A stretch of DNA of 64,000 nt, taken from positions 23,436,001 to 23,500,000 of the forward strand of contig NC_083276.1 in NCBI RefSeq assembly GCF_963506605.1, in the 5' to 3' direction. Shown here in pieces: positions 1 to 13,181 of the stretch (position 1 is the stretch's first letter; every line of letters starts with the position of its first letter). This stretch comes from Zootoca vivipara. Its lineage: Eukaryota. The notes below the pieces were generated by a model, which was not told the DNA's origin, did not search any database, and saw nothing but the letters and a program-made list of their open reading frames with translations. A program made the translations under genes and the position numbers.

Positions 1-39
1 TGCCTAGTCTGCTGCACTACACAGATCTAGTGTACCTAA

Positions 40-200
40 AACTTATTATTTATTTATTATTTATTTATTTATTTATACCCCACCCATCTGGCTGGGTTTC
101 CCCCGCCACTCTGGGCGGCTTCCAACAAATACCAAAATACATTAAAATATCACAGATTAAAAACTTCCCTAAACAGGGCTGCCTTTATGTATTTTCTAGT
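40..200 (-). mobile_element. L2 3'-terminal fragment (similar short pieces ~12910, ~47570)
   Basis: (TTTA)n followed by CCCATCTGGCTGGGTTTCCCC. Confidence 0.75.
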
Positions 201-1044
201 TTCATAACCCCAATACATACTTTTTAAAAGTGCTGTTGTAAACTAACATGTAACACAAGAGTAGCATTATTTTTTATGCCAAGATAAGTAGGCGAAAACT
301 GATCCATATTTAGTTTCCCCTGCTGACACCATCAGAAGATTGTTATTTTATTTTATTTTTTAAAGGAATCACTAATGTGTTGAGGTTCTGTGACACCCTG
401 CTTAAAGACTAGCAGTTATAAAACAAACTGCTGTGTTGCTGCCGTTCCACCTATTAAGATAAGGAGGAATTCATTTTTCAGTACCGATTTGCTGATTCAG
501 GGAGTTTTAAGTTCTTAAAAAATAAAATAAAATGCACAGGTAGATAAGAACCCACACAGAAATGACTACTTATTTTAGGCTGATGCAGTAGCAAAGATCA
601 GAATACATTGAAGATAAGAATACATTGGCCTCCCAGTAATGATTTCCTTTTAAAAATCTTTATTTTAAAAATGGTTTGTGGGGGAAATCAACAGACTCAA
701 TAATACAATATATAAATAATCAAGATCCATAAATAAGGTTCCATGCACTCAATTGCTCATACAAATTGCACATTCATTGATGCACCCGTGGCTCAATCTA
801 CATCTGCACACATTCTTCCTCACTTCCAACAACTGCCGTAGTCCAACACCCACCAGTGCATAGCTAGGAAGACCACACTGTAACCCTGCTAGCCTTAAAT
901 GATAAACCTAAAACCAAATTCACTCTTGGGAATCCATGAGCGGCGCATTCAAACAAATCACTTTCTTGTCGCTTTTAAACTCCGTCTCAATTCTTGTTGT
1001 ATTTTCAAGATCCAGACCTTAGTGTATATCAAGGCAACTCTGTG

Positions 1045-1360
1045 GTGTGGTGTAGTGGTTAAGAGAGGTGGACTCATAATCTGGGGAACCGGGTTCGCGT
1101 CTCTGCTCCTCCACATGCAGCTGCTGGGTGACCTTGGGCTAGTCACGCTTCTCTGAAGTCTCTCAGCCCCACTCACCTCACAGAGTGTTTGTTGTAGGGG
1201 AGGAAGGGAAAGGAGAATGTTAGCCGCTAACATTCGGGTAGTGATAAAGCGGGATATCAAATCCAAACTCTTCCCCCTCCTCCTCCTCCTCCTCCTCCTC
1301 CTCCTCCTCCTCCTCCTCCTCCTCCTCCTCCTCCTCCTCCTCCTTCTTCTTCTTCTTCCT
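1045..1360 (+). mobile_element. tRNA-derived SINE (Squam2/AnolisSINE2-like) with (CCT/CTT)n tail
   Basis: A box TGGTGTAGTGG and B-box-like GGTTCGCGTC; near-identical copies elsewhere in the window. Confidence 0.85.
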
Positions 1361-1682
1361 ACCATGTGCTTCCTTGTTTGCAAATGAAATAAAATCATAC
1401 CACTCGTCCTCTGGATTCTTTTAGTTTGTGGGATTTTCCCCCAGAGAAGGACTATTTACCATACCCTTGAGTAACAATACCCAATATGATTCCAAACTAT
1501 GGTTTTCCAAGGTTTTGCTATGGATGCCTGTGCTGCTGTAAGCAAGTGCAGAATAAGCTCTTCATTTTCTAAGACCCGCAACCTCCCCTTCATACAAATT
1601 CAGTAGAGCCAAATAACATTTTATTGTGTGTTTTTTATTATCCGAAAGTCACATACCCATGAGCATAGCCAAAAGGCTAGTA

Positions 1683-1921
1683 CAGTGGTACCTCGGGTTA
1701 CATACACCTCGGGTTACAGTCGCTTCAGGTTACAGACTTCGTTAACCCGGAAGTAGTACCTTGGGTTGAGAACTTTACCTCAGGATGAGAACAGAAATTG
1801 CATGGCGGTGCGGCGGCAGCGGGAGGCCCCATTAGCTAAAGTGGTACCTCAGGTTAAGAACGGTTTCAGGTTAAGAACGGACCTCCGGAACAAATTAAGT
1901 TCTTAACCATTGGTACCACTG
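1683..1921. mobile_element. Tc1/mariner (Tigger-like) MITE
   Basis: TA-CAGTGGTACC...GGTACCACTG-TA; near-identical family to 62791-63016. Confidence 0.85.
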
Positions 1922-2836
1922 TAGGAAACTTTGCAGGGAAGTGTGCTTATTAACATTGTTAATAAACTGCAGGTACTTTATTAGAATTATAGAGTTGGAA
2001 GTGACCACGAGGATCATTTAGCCCAACGCCCTGCAATGCAGGGTTCTAACCCACAACCCTGAGATTTAACAACCTCATTCTCTACTGACTGTATAACTGT
2101 AGAGAGAATCGCGCAAATAACAAATGCACCGTCTTGGCTTTTAAAACCAGTGGAGGACTGCCCTAAATGAAACCAGCATAGCACAAGAGAGAGTTGCAGC
2201 CTTCAGCAATTCGTGATGCTCACAGACAGCAGTTTTTAATTTGGGTAGAGAGGTGTTTCAAGTGTGGCCTTATTTTCATCTGCGAAATGCGGGAGGCAGC
2301 ATCACTCTTGGTTTTAACTTAGTACTTTGGTGTAGCTGCTATATGCCAGAGAAGAAAACCACAAAGATGAGGTGGATGCCTGGCAGGGAAAACGAATAGA
2401 GAGTGCTTTAAGCCTCTGGTCTATTTTCCTTTGCTGCCTCCGTTTACTTGCTATGAATGGTGATCTCGTGTGCTAGAAAAGACTTGCCAAGAACGTTATT
2501 TGCCAGGGAGATCAAACTGATGACTTGAAATAGCTTGTTTATGCAACAACATTCTTTCATTTTTTCCCTTTAGCCTCATCTGGCTCTTTAATAATGACTG
2601 TTCAACGAATTATATTTATTACTTGTTTAATTGCTCTTGTACAATTTAGGCAATGTAAACTATCTTGGCTTTGCACAATTTTATTTTGAGATGAAAAACC
2701 AAAGGGCACCAACCTCTATGCTGTATCTTTTATGAGACTTTTGTGAAATAGTGAACTTCCCTATGCACTTGATGGAGGGTTAGCTTCATCTTTTTGTGAA
2801 TACCTAATTCCTGCCTGTTTTCTTTTAATTCCTCAG

Positions 2837-2904
2837 CTGATTTTGGAGATTATGACCAATATGAATCGCAGGAATTTCTACAGAGATTTGCCTTGTTTCC
2901 TGTG
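2837..2904 (+). CDS. PTPN21: PTPN21 coding exon (probable exon 5, FERM domain)
   Basis: cag|..|gtaaga; encodes (A)DFGDYDQYESQEFLQRFALFPV; 68 bp, phase 1-0. Confidence 0.95.
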
Positions 2905-3954
2905 GTAAGAATAACTGTTGTAGAATTATCAGAAGTGAACACATTCTGCCTGGTGGTTGCTAATATTTTTATTTTGTCTTTTAAACCAACAGATGTGTGT
3001 TAGTCTTTACTTTACTGTAATTCATTTTAGAGGATTGCCTGAGAAGCTTTATAAATAAAAATAGTGGCTTTTTAAATAAAAAAAACCATTCTTCAAAAGT
3101 AGTAGATAGATTTATTGCAGCTTTAAGCTCATATACACATAAAAATAGACACAATGAGACATACTTGCTTTACAATCAGTAAAAATAGATATAGAGCTCA
3201 AAAATAATAATTACAGATAGTATAAAAATTAGTTACCATTCATTACTAAATCCCCCCCCTTCCAAAAGGGTCAGTTAGATATCCTTCCTATTCTGAAAAC
3301 TTGTTTAATGTTAATATCATCATAAAAAAAACTGGGAGAAGTTAAAATATCGCTTCTTTCAAGGCAGTGGACATAACTCCCTCCTGCAGTGATGCAATGA
3401 CCATGCCATCTAGTCAGTTACCTTCTACCTAGTTTTATCAGCCATGGTGGGCAGGCTGGGGTGAAGAAGGCATATTGTTGGTCTCACTGCTGCAAGCAGC
3501 CCACCCACATCAACGGGCTGAAACCACTGACCCACCATGGTGTAAATCTTGGTTGTTCCCAGGACCTCCCAACAGATCTGAACCAACTGTGGTATCAAGT
3601 TCAGTACAGTTCCAAGTGAATTGGCTCTCAAAATGATTCACAAATCTCTGACCTCAGGCTACTGACTGGTTCAGTGTCGGTGATTTAACACTGTTCTGAG
3701 CCAGCTCATTTACCACTCTGTATACAGCCCTACTTGGAGATTCACTGAAGATCCAATAGAGACAGAGAGTGATACTCTCTTCACTTGCCATGTGGTAGGA
3801 ATGCATAGCTGCCAAGTTTTCCCTTTTCTCGCGAGGAAGCCTATTCAGCATAAGGGTATTTCCCTTAAAAAAAGGAGAACTTGGGAATGACTGTGTATTT
3901 GCACCTCTGTTTGGTCAGTTATGTGTCAAATTTAGTGCCACCTATGCTCTAGCC

Positions 3955-4063
3955 ACCAACATGAGTCTGACCAAACTGCGGGAGGCAGTGGAAGACAGGA
4001 GTGCCTGGCATGCTCTGGTCCATGGGGTCACGAAGAGTCGGACACGACTAAACAACAACAACA
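3955..4063 (+). mobile_element. RTE-BovB LINE 3' fragment
   Basis: GTCCATGGGGTCACGAAGAGTCGGACACGACT followed by a (CAA)n tail; TSD ATGCTCTAGCC at 3944-54 / 4064-74. Confidence 0.85.
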
Positions 4064-4074
4064 ATGCTCTAGCC

Positions 4075-4210
4075 CAGGCTTCCTCAACCTCGGCCCTCCA
4101 GATGTTTTTGGCATACAACTCCCATGATCCCTAGCTGGCAGGACCAGTGGTCAGGGATGATGGGAATTGTAGTCTCAAAACATCTGGAGGGCCGAGGTTG
4201 AGGAAGCCAG
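4075..4210. mobile_element. hAT-type MITE
   Basis: Long TIRs GGCTTCCTCAACCTCGGCCCTCCAGATGT; 8-bp TSD CTCTAGCC. Confidence 0.85.
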
Positions 4211-4880
4211 CTCTAGCCACTGACCAACCTCCTTCATAGCCTGAAACTCCTCAGGAAACTTAAGGAGCCTACTGGAACTCTTCATGAGCAGGGAGATTCT
4301 ACCCTCTCTGCCTAAAGGCAGTTGCTCAGTCCCTCAACACTATCCAATTGCCACCCATTAAGCATCTTGCATTTGCACCCATGGATGTTTTCCATGCTTT
4401 CACCAGGTCACCGTTCACTAGCACACCATATCTCACCAAGAGGCTTGGTTAGGGCACCTACCTGGAAACTGGAACCAACCCACCAGCAACCAAACGTTCC
4501 AAGGACTAAACATTCCAAGGACCAAGTGGCTCCCAATGGGGGGAAACCCCTTTGGTGGTAAGCCCTGCTCCCAAGGCAGTGTTTCTTAAGGAGGTACTGA
4601 TAAAGGCAGACACAGGTGCCTGCAATCAAGAACTGCTGAGTCAAGCCTGACTGGGCCCTCTAGGAAGCCAAGCTCTCTTACAGAGCTAAACTGCTCTGCA
4701 AGCCTACCAGAAGTTGAGACAGCAGGCAATAGATGTTAAAGTGCACTAGATGGCCCAGGCTTCTCCCTCTGCCGCTGCCGCTGCTTGGGGTATGTGAATG
4801 TTAGCCAGCCCTTCATTACGTTTGGAGGGTTGTGGATTTACATGGGAGGAAGGCTCATGGTTTCTGTTCTGTTGCTTAAG

Positions 4881-4951
4881 GGTTGGTTGCAAGATGAAAA
4901 GATCCTGGAAGAGGCAACCCAGAAAGTGGCCTTACTCCATCAGAAGTACAG
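4881..4951 (+). CDS. PTPN21: PTPN21 exon 6 (FERM)
   Basis: aag|..|gtaacg; [23 protein letters not shown](R); phase 0-2. Confidence 0.95.
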
Positions 4952-5654
4952 GTAACGGTTCCGAAATTGTGCTGCTGTTTCAGGTCTGAATGTTGCTAGA
5001 TGAGCTTGCTCACATATGGGCTAGTGCAAATGTAGCCCTGGCTCTGTGCTAACTAACACCAATTTAAGCTAAACGTGATTTTCAGTTTTCAGAAGGTTCC
5101 GTCAAAGAGGGTTAATAGAAACCCCGGTTTGCTTTAACCCATGTTGTTGTCAGCATGTTATTAAAGGGAGAGGGAGAAATTTGCTCAGATATTGGGCACA
5201 TATTCCTTGAGTGTGGGTTTGTTGTTGCTAACCACATTTTTCAGAGATCCAGAATTATGTCTGCACTGGCCCCAAGCCAAAAGGTTGCAACAAACCTTTT
5301 GAGTACCAGAAACCTGATCATTGGAGATATATGAAGCAAGGGAAAGTATAAAAGCCTTAGAATTATTTTTTATATCCTGGATATAATTCTTAAATGCACT
5401 GATATTTCATGATAGAGCAGTCAAATACCTCTGTCAATAAATACCTAAAATAAATAATTCCACAGGTGCTTATGGAAGTTAAACAGTGATCATTTTAACC
5501 CTCAGTGTAGTTGCTTTTTGCAATTTTTTCTGCACCAAGTGCAGAAGTGGGGAACATTAAAAAAAGTGGACTCTTGACATGCTAAAAGAAGCAGTCTAAC
5601 CTGCCTCAAGAAGCTACTTAACAAATTGAATTTCTTTTTTTTTTGTTTCTGAAG

Positions 5655-5742
5655 GGGCCTCACTCCGCCTGATGCAGAAATGTTATATATGCAAGAAGTT
5701 GAGAGGATGGAAGGATATGGTGAGGAGAGTTATCCTGCAAAG
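5655..5742 (+). CDS. PTPN21: PTPN21 exon 7 (FERM)
   Basis: [29 protein letters not shown]; aag|..|gtaaag; phase 2-0. Confidence 0.95.
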
Positions 5743-6124
5743 GTAAAGCTAAGTTTCATCTGTGAATTTGTTGACTGTTTGTGCCATGACTTCACAAAGG
5801 CACAACTATAATAAAAAAAGAATCTCTCTCTCTTTGCATTTTATAAAAAAGATATGTTAAGCTAACTCAGGCCTAAGCCACTTTGGCTTGTTACTTACAG
5901 TTCTGAGATATCAGAATATTTTTGCCGAAACGTCAACAGATTGCTCAGGTGTCAAACTGATTGCTCTGGTCTCTGTTCAGCATGCAGAATTTCTGTACTT
6001 AAAACATTCCAGATTTTCAGTTTGGAAACAAATTAGGCAAACAGGAACATTGTTTGATTCTTTTATCATGTATTTTACATTGCATTTTATGTAGAAAGGC
6101 AGGGTTGTTAAAACACACTCAATT

Positions 6125-6782
6125 TTTTTATTGTTTTCACATAAATCCACAAAAAAGGCAACTATCCACATCCATCAGCACAATAAAAAAAAAGTAATAT
6201 ACCAAATACTCAAAGTCAAAATATTTCAAATAAAAACACAAAGCCATAAATTTAAAAATGTCTTCTTGCTTTAGACCAAACTTCCTGTCCACTCCTTACT
6301 TCAGTTACTAATCACCAACTTGCTGCCGAAACATAGCAGATTATTAACAGAATTTAAATAAAATTTTATCTATCTTAGGTTTCACATCATACTTACTTAA
6401 AACTCTTACTTAAAACTACTACTGAAATTACTCAAATGCTGCGACAGAGTTTAAACTGCAACAGTTGTTTTTCAAATATATTTTGAAGACTACCCATTTC
6501 GAATTAAATACTTGTTCTGGTTTGTTCTTTATTCTTTCAGACATATTATCTAGTTCCGCATATTCAGCCAACTTTTGAATCCATTCTAGCCTTGAAAGAA
6601 CTTTATTACTCTTTCAGTTTGTTGCAATAAGAACTCTTGCTGTGACCGAGGCATATAAAAAGATCTCTCTTACATTTTTGGGAATATCTGAGTCGGTAAT
6701 TCCCAGAAGAAAGGCTTCTGTTTTTTTAAAAAAAAAATTAAAGGAGATATTTAGCATTTCAATTTTCAATATATCCAATGAG
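6125..6782 (-). mobile_element. L1/Tx1 LINE 3' fragment
   Basis: ORF2 C-terminus KKTEAFLLGI..FLYASVTARVLIA..EWIQKLAEYAE, then an AT-rich UTR and a T-run. Confidence 0.75.
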
Positions 6783-6925
6783 CTTACTTTGCATTGTTGG
6801 CGCAAATTTAGAGCACAAACATGGGAGGAGGATGTTGTGGGCAGCGTATGACAAATGAAGCTGTTGTCGCAAGGAGAAAGGTGCAAGCGAAATGCAATTT
6901 CTGTACTGTGATTTGTATCTTTCAG

Positions 6926-7014
6926 GACAGCCAAGGAAGTGACATATTCATCGGAGCTTGTCTTGATGGAATCTTTGTGAAACACAAAAATGGTCGGCCT
7001 CCCGTCATCTTTAG
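6926..7014 (+). CDS. PTPN21: PTPN21 exon 8 (FERM C-lobe)
   Basis: [29 protein letters not shown](R); cag|..|gtgagc. Confidence 0.95.
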
Positions 7015-7463
7015 GTGAGCTCGTTTCCTGCGATGGTGATTCTTTCAAGAGTCTTTGTCCCTTAACCTTTAGGTGCCCAATCATGTGGTCAGTTCATACC
7101 TTGTGATTCCCTGTGTTGCAGATGCATGTGTGTATGCAAGCAAGCGTCGAACCAACCAAATCATAAGACCTCCTGAAGCAGAAACTTTCCAGAGTAGCTA
7201 ATACTTTTTTGCAACTATGTGGGAAATAGCATGGCGAATTCGGATCCCCTCTTATATACATGCAGTTAAAGCAGAGTGCTTTGTGAGGCCTTTGTGAATG
7301 CTTTGATGGTGTTTCCTGCTTGGCAGGGGGTTGGACTGGATGGCCCTTGTGTTCTCTTCCAACTCTATGATTCTATGATTCTGTGGAGGTCTCTCTCTCT
7401 CTCTCTCCCCCTCTCTCTCTCCCTGTCTCTCTTACACTCTCTTCTTTCCTTACCCCTGCCTAG

Positions 7464-7551
7464 GTGGCACGACATTGCGAACATGTCCCACAACAAGTCC
7501 TTTTTTGCATTAGAATTGGCAAATAAAGAAGAGACTATCCAGTTCCAAACT
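7464..7551 (+). CDS. PTPN21: PTPN21 exon 9 (FERM C-lobe)
   Basis: [29 protein letters not shown]; tag|..|gtgagt. Confidence 0.95.
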
Positions 7552-7967
7552 GTGAGTGAGATTTTATTTATATGCATTTTAAATAAAATGTATGGCATGA
7601 GAAAGAAGTCATAAATCATCTGTTGGCTTTTAGATATCAGACCTTTGTAGACCCAAACTGTGGTCTTTTAAATGTGTCGGGTGTTGTTGTTGTTATGTTA
7701 TGTATTTTCAGTTTTCCTTTTCTATTTTTATGTTGTAAATAGCCCAGTGATCTTCAGATGAAGGGCTGTATATAAATTTAATTAATAACAACAATGGCTG
7801 AGTAGGTTTCTGTTCCTTTCCACTGTCCTTGATGTTTATGCAGCATGAAGATAGGCCAAAGCAGGCCCTTAATTTGGTCCTAAGAATCCTCTTAGTAGGA
7901 AAGTGATTTAAAAGAGATGCATCTAGCCACTCATTTTGTCTTACATACAATCTCTTTTGTTTAACAG

Positions 7968-8047
7968 GAAGACATGGAAACGGCAAAATATGTGTGGAGG
8001 ATGTGTGTGGCCAGGCACAAATTTTATAGACTAAATAAATGTAGCCT
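7968..8047 (+). CDS. PTPN21: PTPN21 exon 10 (end of FERM)
   Basis: EDMETAKYVWRMCVARHKFYRLNKCS(L); cag|..|gtaagt. Confidence 0.95.
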
Positions 8048-10986
8048 GTAAGTATAATAATCCTTTAGTGAATCTCTCTCCATATTAATTTATATTCTGT
8101 AATTTCCTACTTGAACACCTTAACCAAATAGCTTTGTTTCTGAGTGCAGACTCCTGAGACCATAGCTGCCAATTCTCCCGTATTCCCTGGGAAGCCCCCG
8201 TTTTTCCAGCCGTTCCCAGTTTACTTACCGGCCGGGGGAGGCTCCTTCTGCGCATGTCTGGGGTCTCTGGACATGCACAGAAGCTATTTCTGGAGCGACG
8301 GCCATTTTGGAACTGGGCGGAGCATGCTCAGAAGCCGATCCCTTATTTCAAGAAATTACTTTTAATTTTCATTATCATTTTACCAGAACACTTTTATGGG
8401 AATTTTTTTTGAAGGGTGATCTAAAAATATAATAATAAATAGTTTATTTTATTACTGTGAACACGATCTGTTTATTATTGCTTTGCAATATTATGGTGTA
8501 ATAAATATCGGGTGTCGACAACACTAGCTCAAGTGCCTTAAAAAACCACACACAGCCAAATAAATCTATCTCCTCCCTTCTGTTGGGTTTCAAATACAAT
8601 GAGATTTGAGGTGGGGAAACTGTGATGCAGTTGAGCATCGTTTTGTCTGTCCATGTTTCTTTAAGATACACAACTAGCATTTTTTCTTCTAGCCGTGTGG
8701 ACTAGGAACTTACTTGCTGTAAAACAGGAACAGAGACTCTTTGACTCCTAACTCATGCCTGCTGTCCAAAAAAACATGACCTCAGAAACCACATGTTTTC
8801 CATCCCTGTCATAGACTAATCAAATCATTTTCCTATAGACTTTGCTTTATCTTTTTAATTTGTGATTATAGGAGGGACTTGGGTGATCATGACCCTAGAA
8901 GCCCCCTTGAGGAGCCCACTTGACAGTCTCTTGAAATGTCTCCTCCATTGATAACAAGCATCCTTTTTGTTAGAAATGTGTTGTTTCATTGTCTACATTT
9001 TGTCTGCATGTGCCTTGTCTTTAGAGACTCCCCAGATTCTCCGCCTGAGGAAGGCTCTCAGAAATCTTTCCTCATTCTTTCCTTTCCACGCTTTCCAATC
9101 CTTTCTCGTCCTTCTCTGCTCAAAGGGTGAGCCAGTAAACATTCTTTCTTTCCTTTTGTGTTCTTTGCATGCAACGTATTTGTACTGCTCCCCTGTTAGT
9201 TCCCATGATACCAACACAATGCAGTCGTGCATTGCTCAACTCTTGGAGGCAGCGTATCTCTGAATATCTTTGCTGGGCATCAGATGTTGCGAGGAAGCAC
9301 TTGAGTTCTGCTTTTGGGCTTCCCATAGGCATGTGATTGGCTGCTGCGGGAACTGGATGGGCCATAAGCCTGGTCCAGCAGGGTCTTCTTATTGTTATAT
9401 GGGGGGCAAAATGCCCCTCCCTCTGCCTCCCTCCATATGGCATTAAACACATGAGCAGGCTATGAGGGTGGGGTGAAAGAATTGCTTTGGATTCAGGCCA
9501 AGCATATCTAAGGTTGGCATGGGCATGGCTTTTTTTCAGCTGATACTCAGTTTCTGCACCTCTCAAGTGCAGGGAGGCGTTCATGTTGAGTTCCAGCACC
9601 TCTTTTTCTAGGAAAATAGCACTGGGCATGGGCTTGTGCTGTTACAAACTGAACATGCCGGATGGGACAGAAAGATGAATGAAGTGGCATGATCCCCAAA
9701 TTCAGCATAAGTTAGTGAAGTGATAATGTGCACCATAGGACCAATTTATGCAAGAAGTGGGGTATGCCTTGTGGAAGGTTCTGCACAGGTCACAACCTGA
9801 TTTATTCCCATTGTCACAGGAGTGATTAGACCAGGAGTCTCTGCATTGCAGCCTCCAAAATACCCATTATGTGTTCTTTTTGGCCAGTAGCTCCGTCTGG
9901 CAAGGAGCACAGCTGGAACTTTCTGCAACAACTGAAGCAGGAAGTGCCCCGAGACCTGATGGATCAGTTAATGCTGGTGTGTCATGAATGAGCTACAGGA
10001 AGCGCCCATGTCTTACTTTTCGACGTGGTGGTGCTCTTCCCTGTGGTTCTCTTCCCTGTCGCTTGCTGCAGCAGATGGGCCCAGAGCAGATGGGGGAAAC
10101 AAATTAGATTGGGAGGATCTGGAGGGGGTACAGAAGGAAAGAACTGAAATGGATTGAAAAGGGCAGGCAGGTGTGCTTAAGCCAGCAGTAGATAACTTAC
10201 GGTCCTTGATATGTTGCTACAAGCCCCATCTCTGTTGACTGCTGGCCTTGCTGTTTGCAAGAGGTGAGGCTACAAAATTCCTGGTTAAGATCTCTGCCAT
10301 ATTGCAGGAGTGCGGCAGGAGTGTGTCCTACAAGCCAGGCAGGGCTTATTATTGGGCATGGGTGTGCCTCTTCAAACAAGGACAGCTCTCAAACAACTCC
10401 ACTGTTACCAGCATGCTTGAGCCACTCAGAGATAAACTGAGCTAAAGTAGTAAATTGAGCAGCCTGATCTATCTAATAAAGACAAAGAACCAGGTGTGTT
10501 TAAGGTTTACTTGGGGATTCACTAACTCTGAACAAATACATCCTTGCGGCAAAACCTAGCCATGCAATTATGAATACAGCTACAGTATGGGCAGGACTGC
10601 TTGAGGAATACTGTACTAGATTGCCAAGCAAAATGCTACTGTCTCCTTCCAGCAGATTTTTTGGAAATCTGAGTTGTCCTCCCTTTGAATTCCTGGCGTT
10701 AATGCAATACATGAGCTTTAATGCCACCATTTCCTGATGGAGAAAGGATGTTAAAGTCATAACATCTTATTCCATTTGCCTTTCTTGGCGGCCTCTTTTA
10801 CAATGGAGTAACAAGCACTTCACACTTTTTGTCCCCAAGACTACAAGCCTAAACACACTTGACTGGGGGGAAGTCCTTGTCCTTTAGAACACAGTGAGAC
10901 TTACTTTTGAGTATGCATACATAGGACCGCACTGTCAATGACATTACTTAAACATCTGTTTTTAAGTGTGTAACTTTGCTTTGTAG

Positions 10987-11047
10987 ACAAGCTCAGGCGG
11001 TGACCGTGAATCCGGTTAGAAGGAGGTCTTCCTCCAGGATGTCTCTG
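10987..11047 (+). CDS. PTPN21: PTPN21 exon 11
   Basis: QAQAVTVNPVRRRSSSRMSL; tag|..|gtaagg; phase 2-0. Confidence 0.93.
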
Positions 11048-12489
11048 GTAAGGTCTTTAGCTCCAAGCTCTTTTTTATTCTTTGAGGTTTCATTTAAAAG
11101 GTTATTAATTAAGGGGGGAAAGTTTGTCATTGGTTGAAGGGCTGTCAATAGGAGAAACTAGAAAAAAGCTAGAAAGGACCAATTTCCTTTGTGGTGGATG
11201 GGCTGCTGACTCCTATGTGATAGAAGGCCTATGGATTTGAAATACGCTCTTAATAGAAATATGGTATAGTCATGAATATTTGAATAGCCCATCAAAGTCA
11301 ATTAGAAATAAAAAAAATCTGAGCACTTTACCTTCTACCATTAAATCTCATACCATATCATTATTTAATCTCATACCATATCATTAAATCCTACAAAGTA
11401 TTTAATGGCATTGCAAAGCCATAAAAGAGGCCCCATTACCACCACCTGCTGGCTTTAGCAGTTTCTGCACCTCAGTTAAACTCGCTTGTATCTGTCAAAA
11501 ACTTCCACAAAGTCTTTAACCTCAGACCTCAAAGACGATTTTTGTTCTAAAGCACAGCCCCGAAAGACAAAATTGCAGTGCCCAATTCATTATGTTTATG
11601 GACAGGGTCAAACAATCCCATATTCCATGACCAGCTGTTTCCTCTGCCTCACGAAACTTTGCACAGATCAGTGTTAATCCTCCTGAATTTGAAGAGATTA
11701 CTCTGAACAGCACATCCTGCAGAAGCCTAAACAGACTGGCTTGTTTCATCTACATTTGCAGCTTGAAATACCTGAAAATAGTCTAGTCAGGGTCTGCCTC
11801 TGCCATCCACTTGTCAGTTTCCACTTAACCCATCTTTTTTGCTTCCGGGGAGGACAGTGGCAATAAAGCGCCAATGTCTTTAGGTCTCAGGGCTTCCTTA
11901 GAATCCAACAGACACTCCCCATTACTGCTATAATGAATTCAAGAGCCATATTTCATTCACCAAATTGCATTTGCATCCCATGCCTCTATCTGATTCTGAA
12001 TGACCAATGACTCTGACAACGAATCAGTTTGGATTATTCTGTGAATATTCCTGCTTTTAAGCTAATCCCTTTAATTAAAATAAAATATAAGCTTCTAGAT
12101 GTTTTTTTGTTGGGAGGAAGCTGTCCACACTCATGTCCTCATATCACACTGTGACTCAGCAGCCAGCGTAGTAGGTTCTTCTTTGTTAAGGTACAAAGGC
12201 TAGTTTTGCTATACTGCACCGACTCTATTGGATAATCCAGGTTTTGCACAACTGGAGTGAGTAATTTCTTCATAATAGCCTTGAGTTGGTTTAACATAGA
12301 TACTGCTAATTGGATGATTGACAGGTGCTCTTGGCTGTGCCCTGTCAACTTCAAGAGATGCGTTTTAGCTACCTAAGGTTGTGTTTGCCTGATTCAGCAG
12401 TTTTCTTGCAGACATGGGGATTCCAATAGGTGTAGGCTTCCCCCCACCCCATCCTGCAGCTGTGGGCATCCTATTAACTTCTAGTAAGT

Positions 12490-12785
12490 TAGGGTTGTCA
12501 TACGTCCGAAATTTCCCAGACATAGCTGGGATTCAGCTGTTGGAAACAGTGTCTGGGCAGAAATTGCTTTAATGTCTGGGGAAATCCTGATGTATGGCAA
12601 CCCATGTCAGAAGTGTAAATTTGGGCAAATTTCCTTTAATAAAGCGCAAATACTTCATTTTCTTTAAAAAAAAAAAAAAGATTCAGCAAAAAACGAAACA
12701 AAAATGAAACCTCAACGACTTTGGCCAAAAACTTGATATTTTTTTTTCAGATTTTGCTGTCACTTTTTGAAATATGGCAACCCTA
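12490..12785. mobile_element. Non-autonomous hAT transposon
   Basis: TIR TAGGGTTG(T/C)CATA; degenerate 8-bp TSD agtaagtt / aataagtt. Confidence 0.7.
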
Positions 12786-12981
12786 AATAAGTTAGCCAGT
12801 TAGAATGAACCTTCCTTTTTATGTACAGCTCTCTTCCGCCAGCGAGATGTGTGAGGCAGCAAGTGCTTGCAAATAGCACTTCATGCATACTGGAGTGCTT
12901 TTAAGTTATAATAAAAATAATTTTAATAATAATTTTATTATTTGTACCCCGCCCATCTGACTGGGCAGCTTCCAAAAGGTG

Positions 12982-12987
<6 letters not shown>

Positions 12988-13032
<45 letters not shown>
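12988..13032. repeat. (TA)n microsatellite
   Basis: Read directly from the sequence. Confidence 0.95.
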
Positions 13033-13038
<6 letters not shown>

Positions 13039-13090
13039 ATAATTTTGTGTAGATCTCCACTTAGTTCTATAACATCTTTCTTTTCAGCAG

Positions 13091-13181
13091 CCCAAACCGC
13101 CGCAGCCTTATATGATGGCTCCGCCACCACCTCAGTTGCACTACAACGGACCCTACGCAGACCAGTATACATCTTCCCAAG
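13091..13181 (+). CDS. PTPN21: PTPN21 exon 12 (CAGCAG acceptor; alternative start 13088)
   Basis: PKPPQPYMMAPPPPQLHYNGPYADQYTSSQ(D); donor gtaaag; phase 0-1. Confidence 0.92.

Noticed and set aside
1045-1115. tRNA-like sequences (also at other SINE heads)
   Set aside because: They continue into SINE bodies and tails; no complete cloverleaf
958-1398. 146-aa poly-Arg ORF
   Set aside because: Antisense translation of a SINE and its (CCT)n tail; the same peptide recurs at other SINE copies
11344-11386. Short 20-bp duplication (similar ones ~13294-13341 and ~54842-54900)
   Set aside because: Ordinary slippage duplications in AT-rich intron
9900-12480. Stretches that look like decayed coding or TE sequence (also ~3350-3800 and ~4220-4790)
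   Set aside because: No recognisable motif, termini or consistent frame
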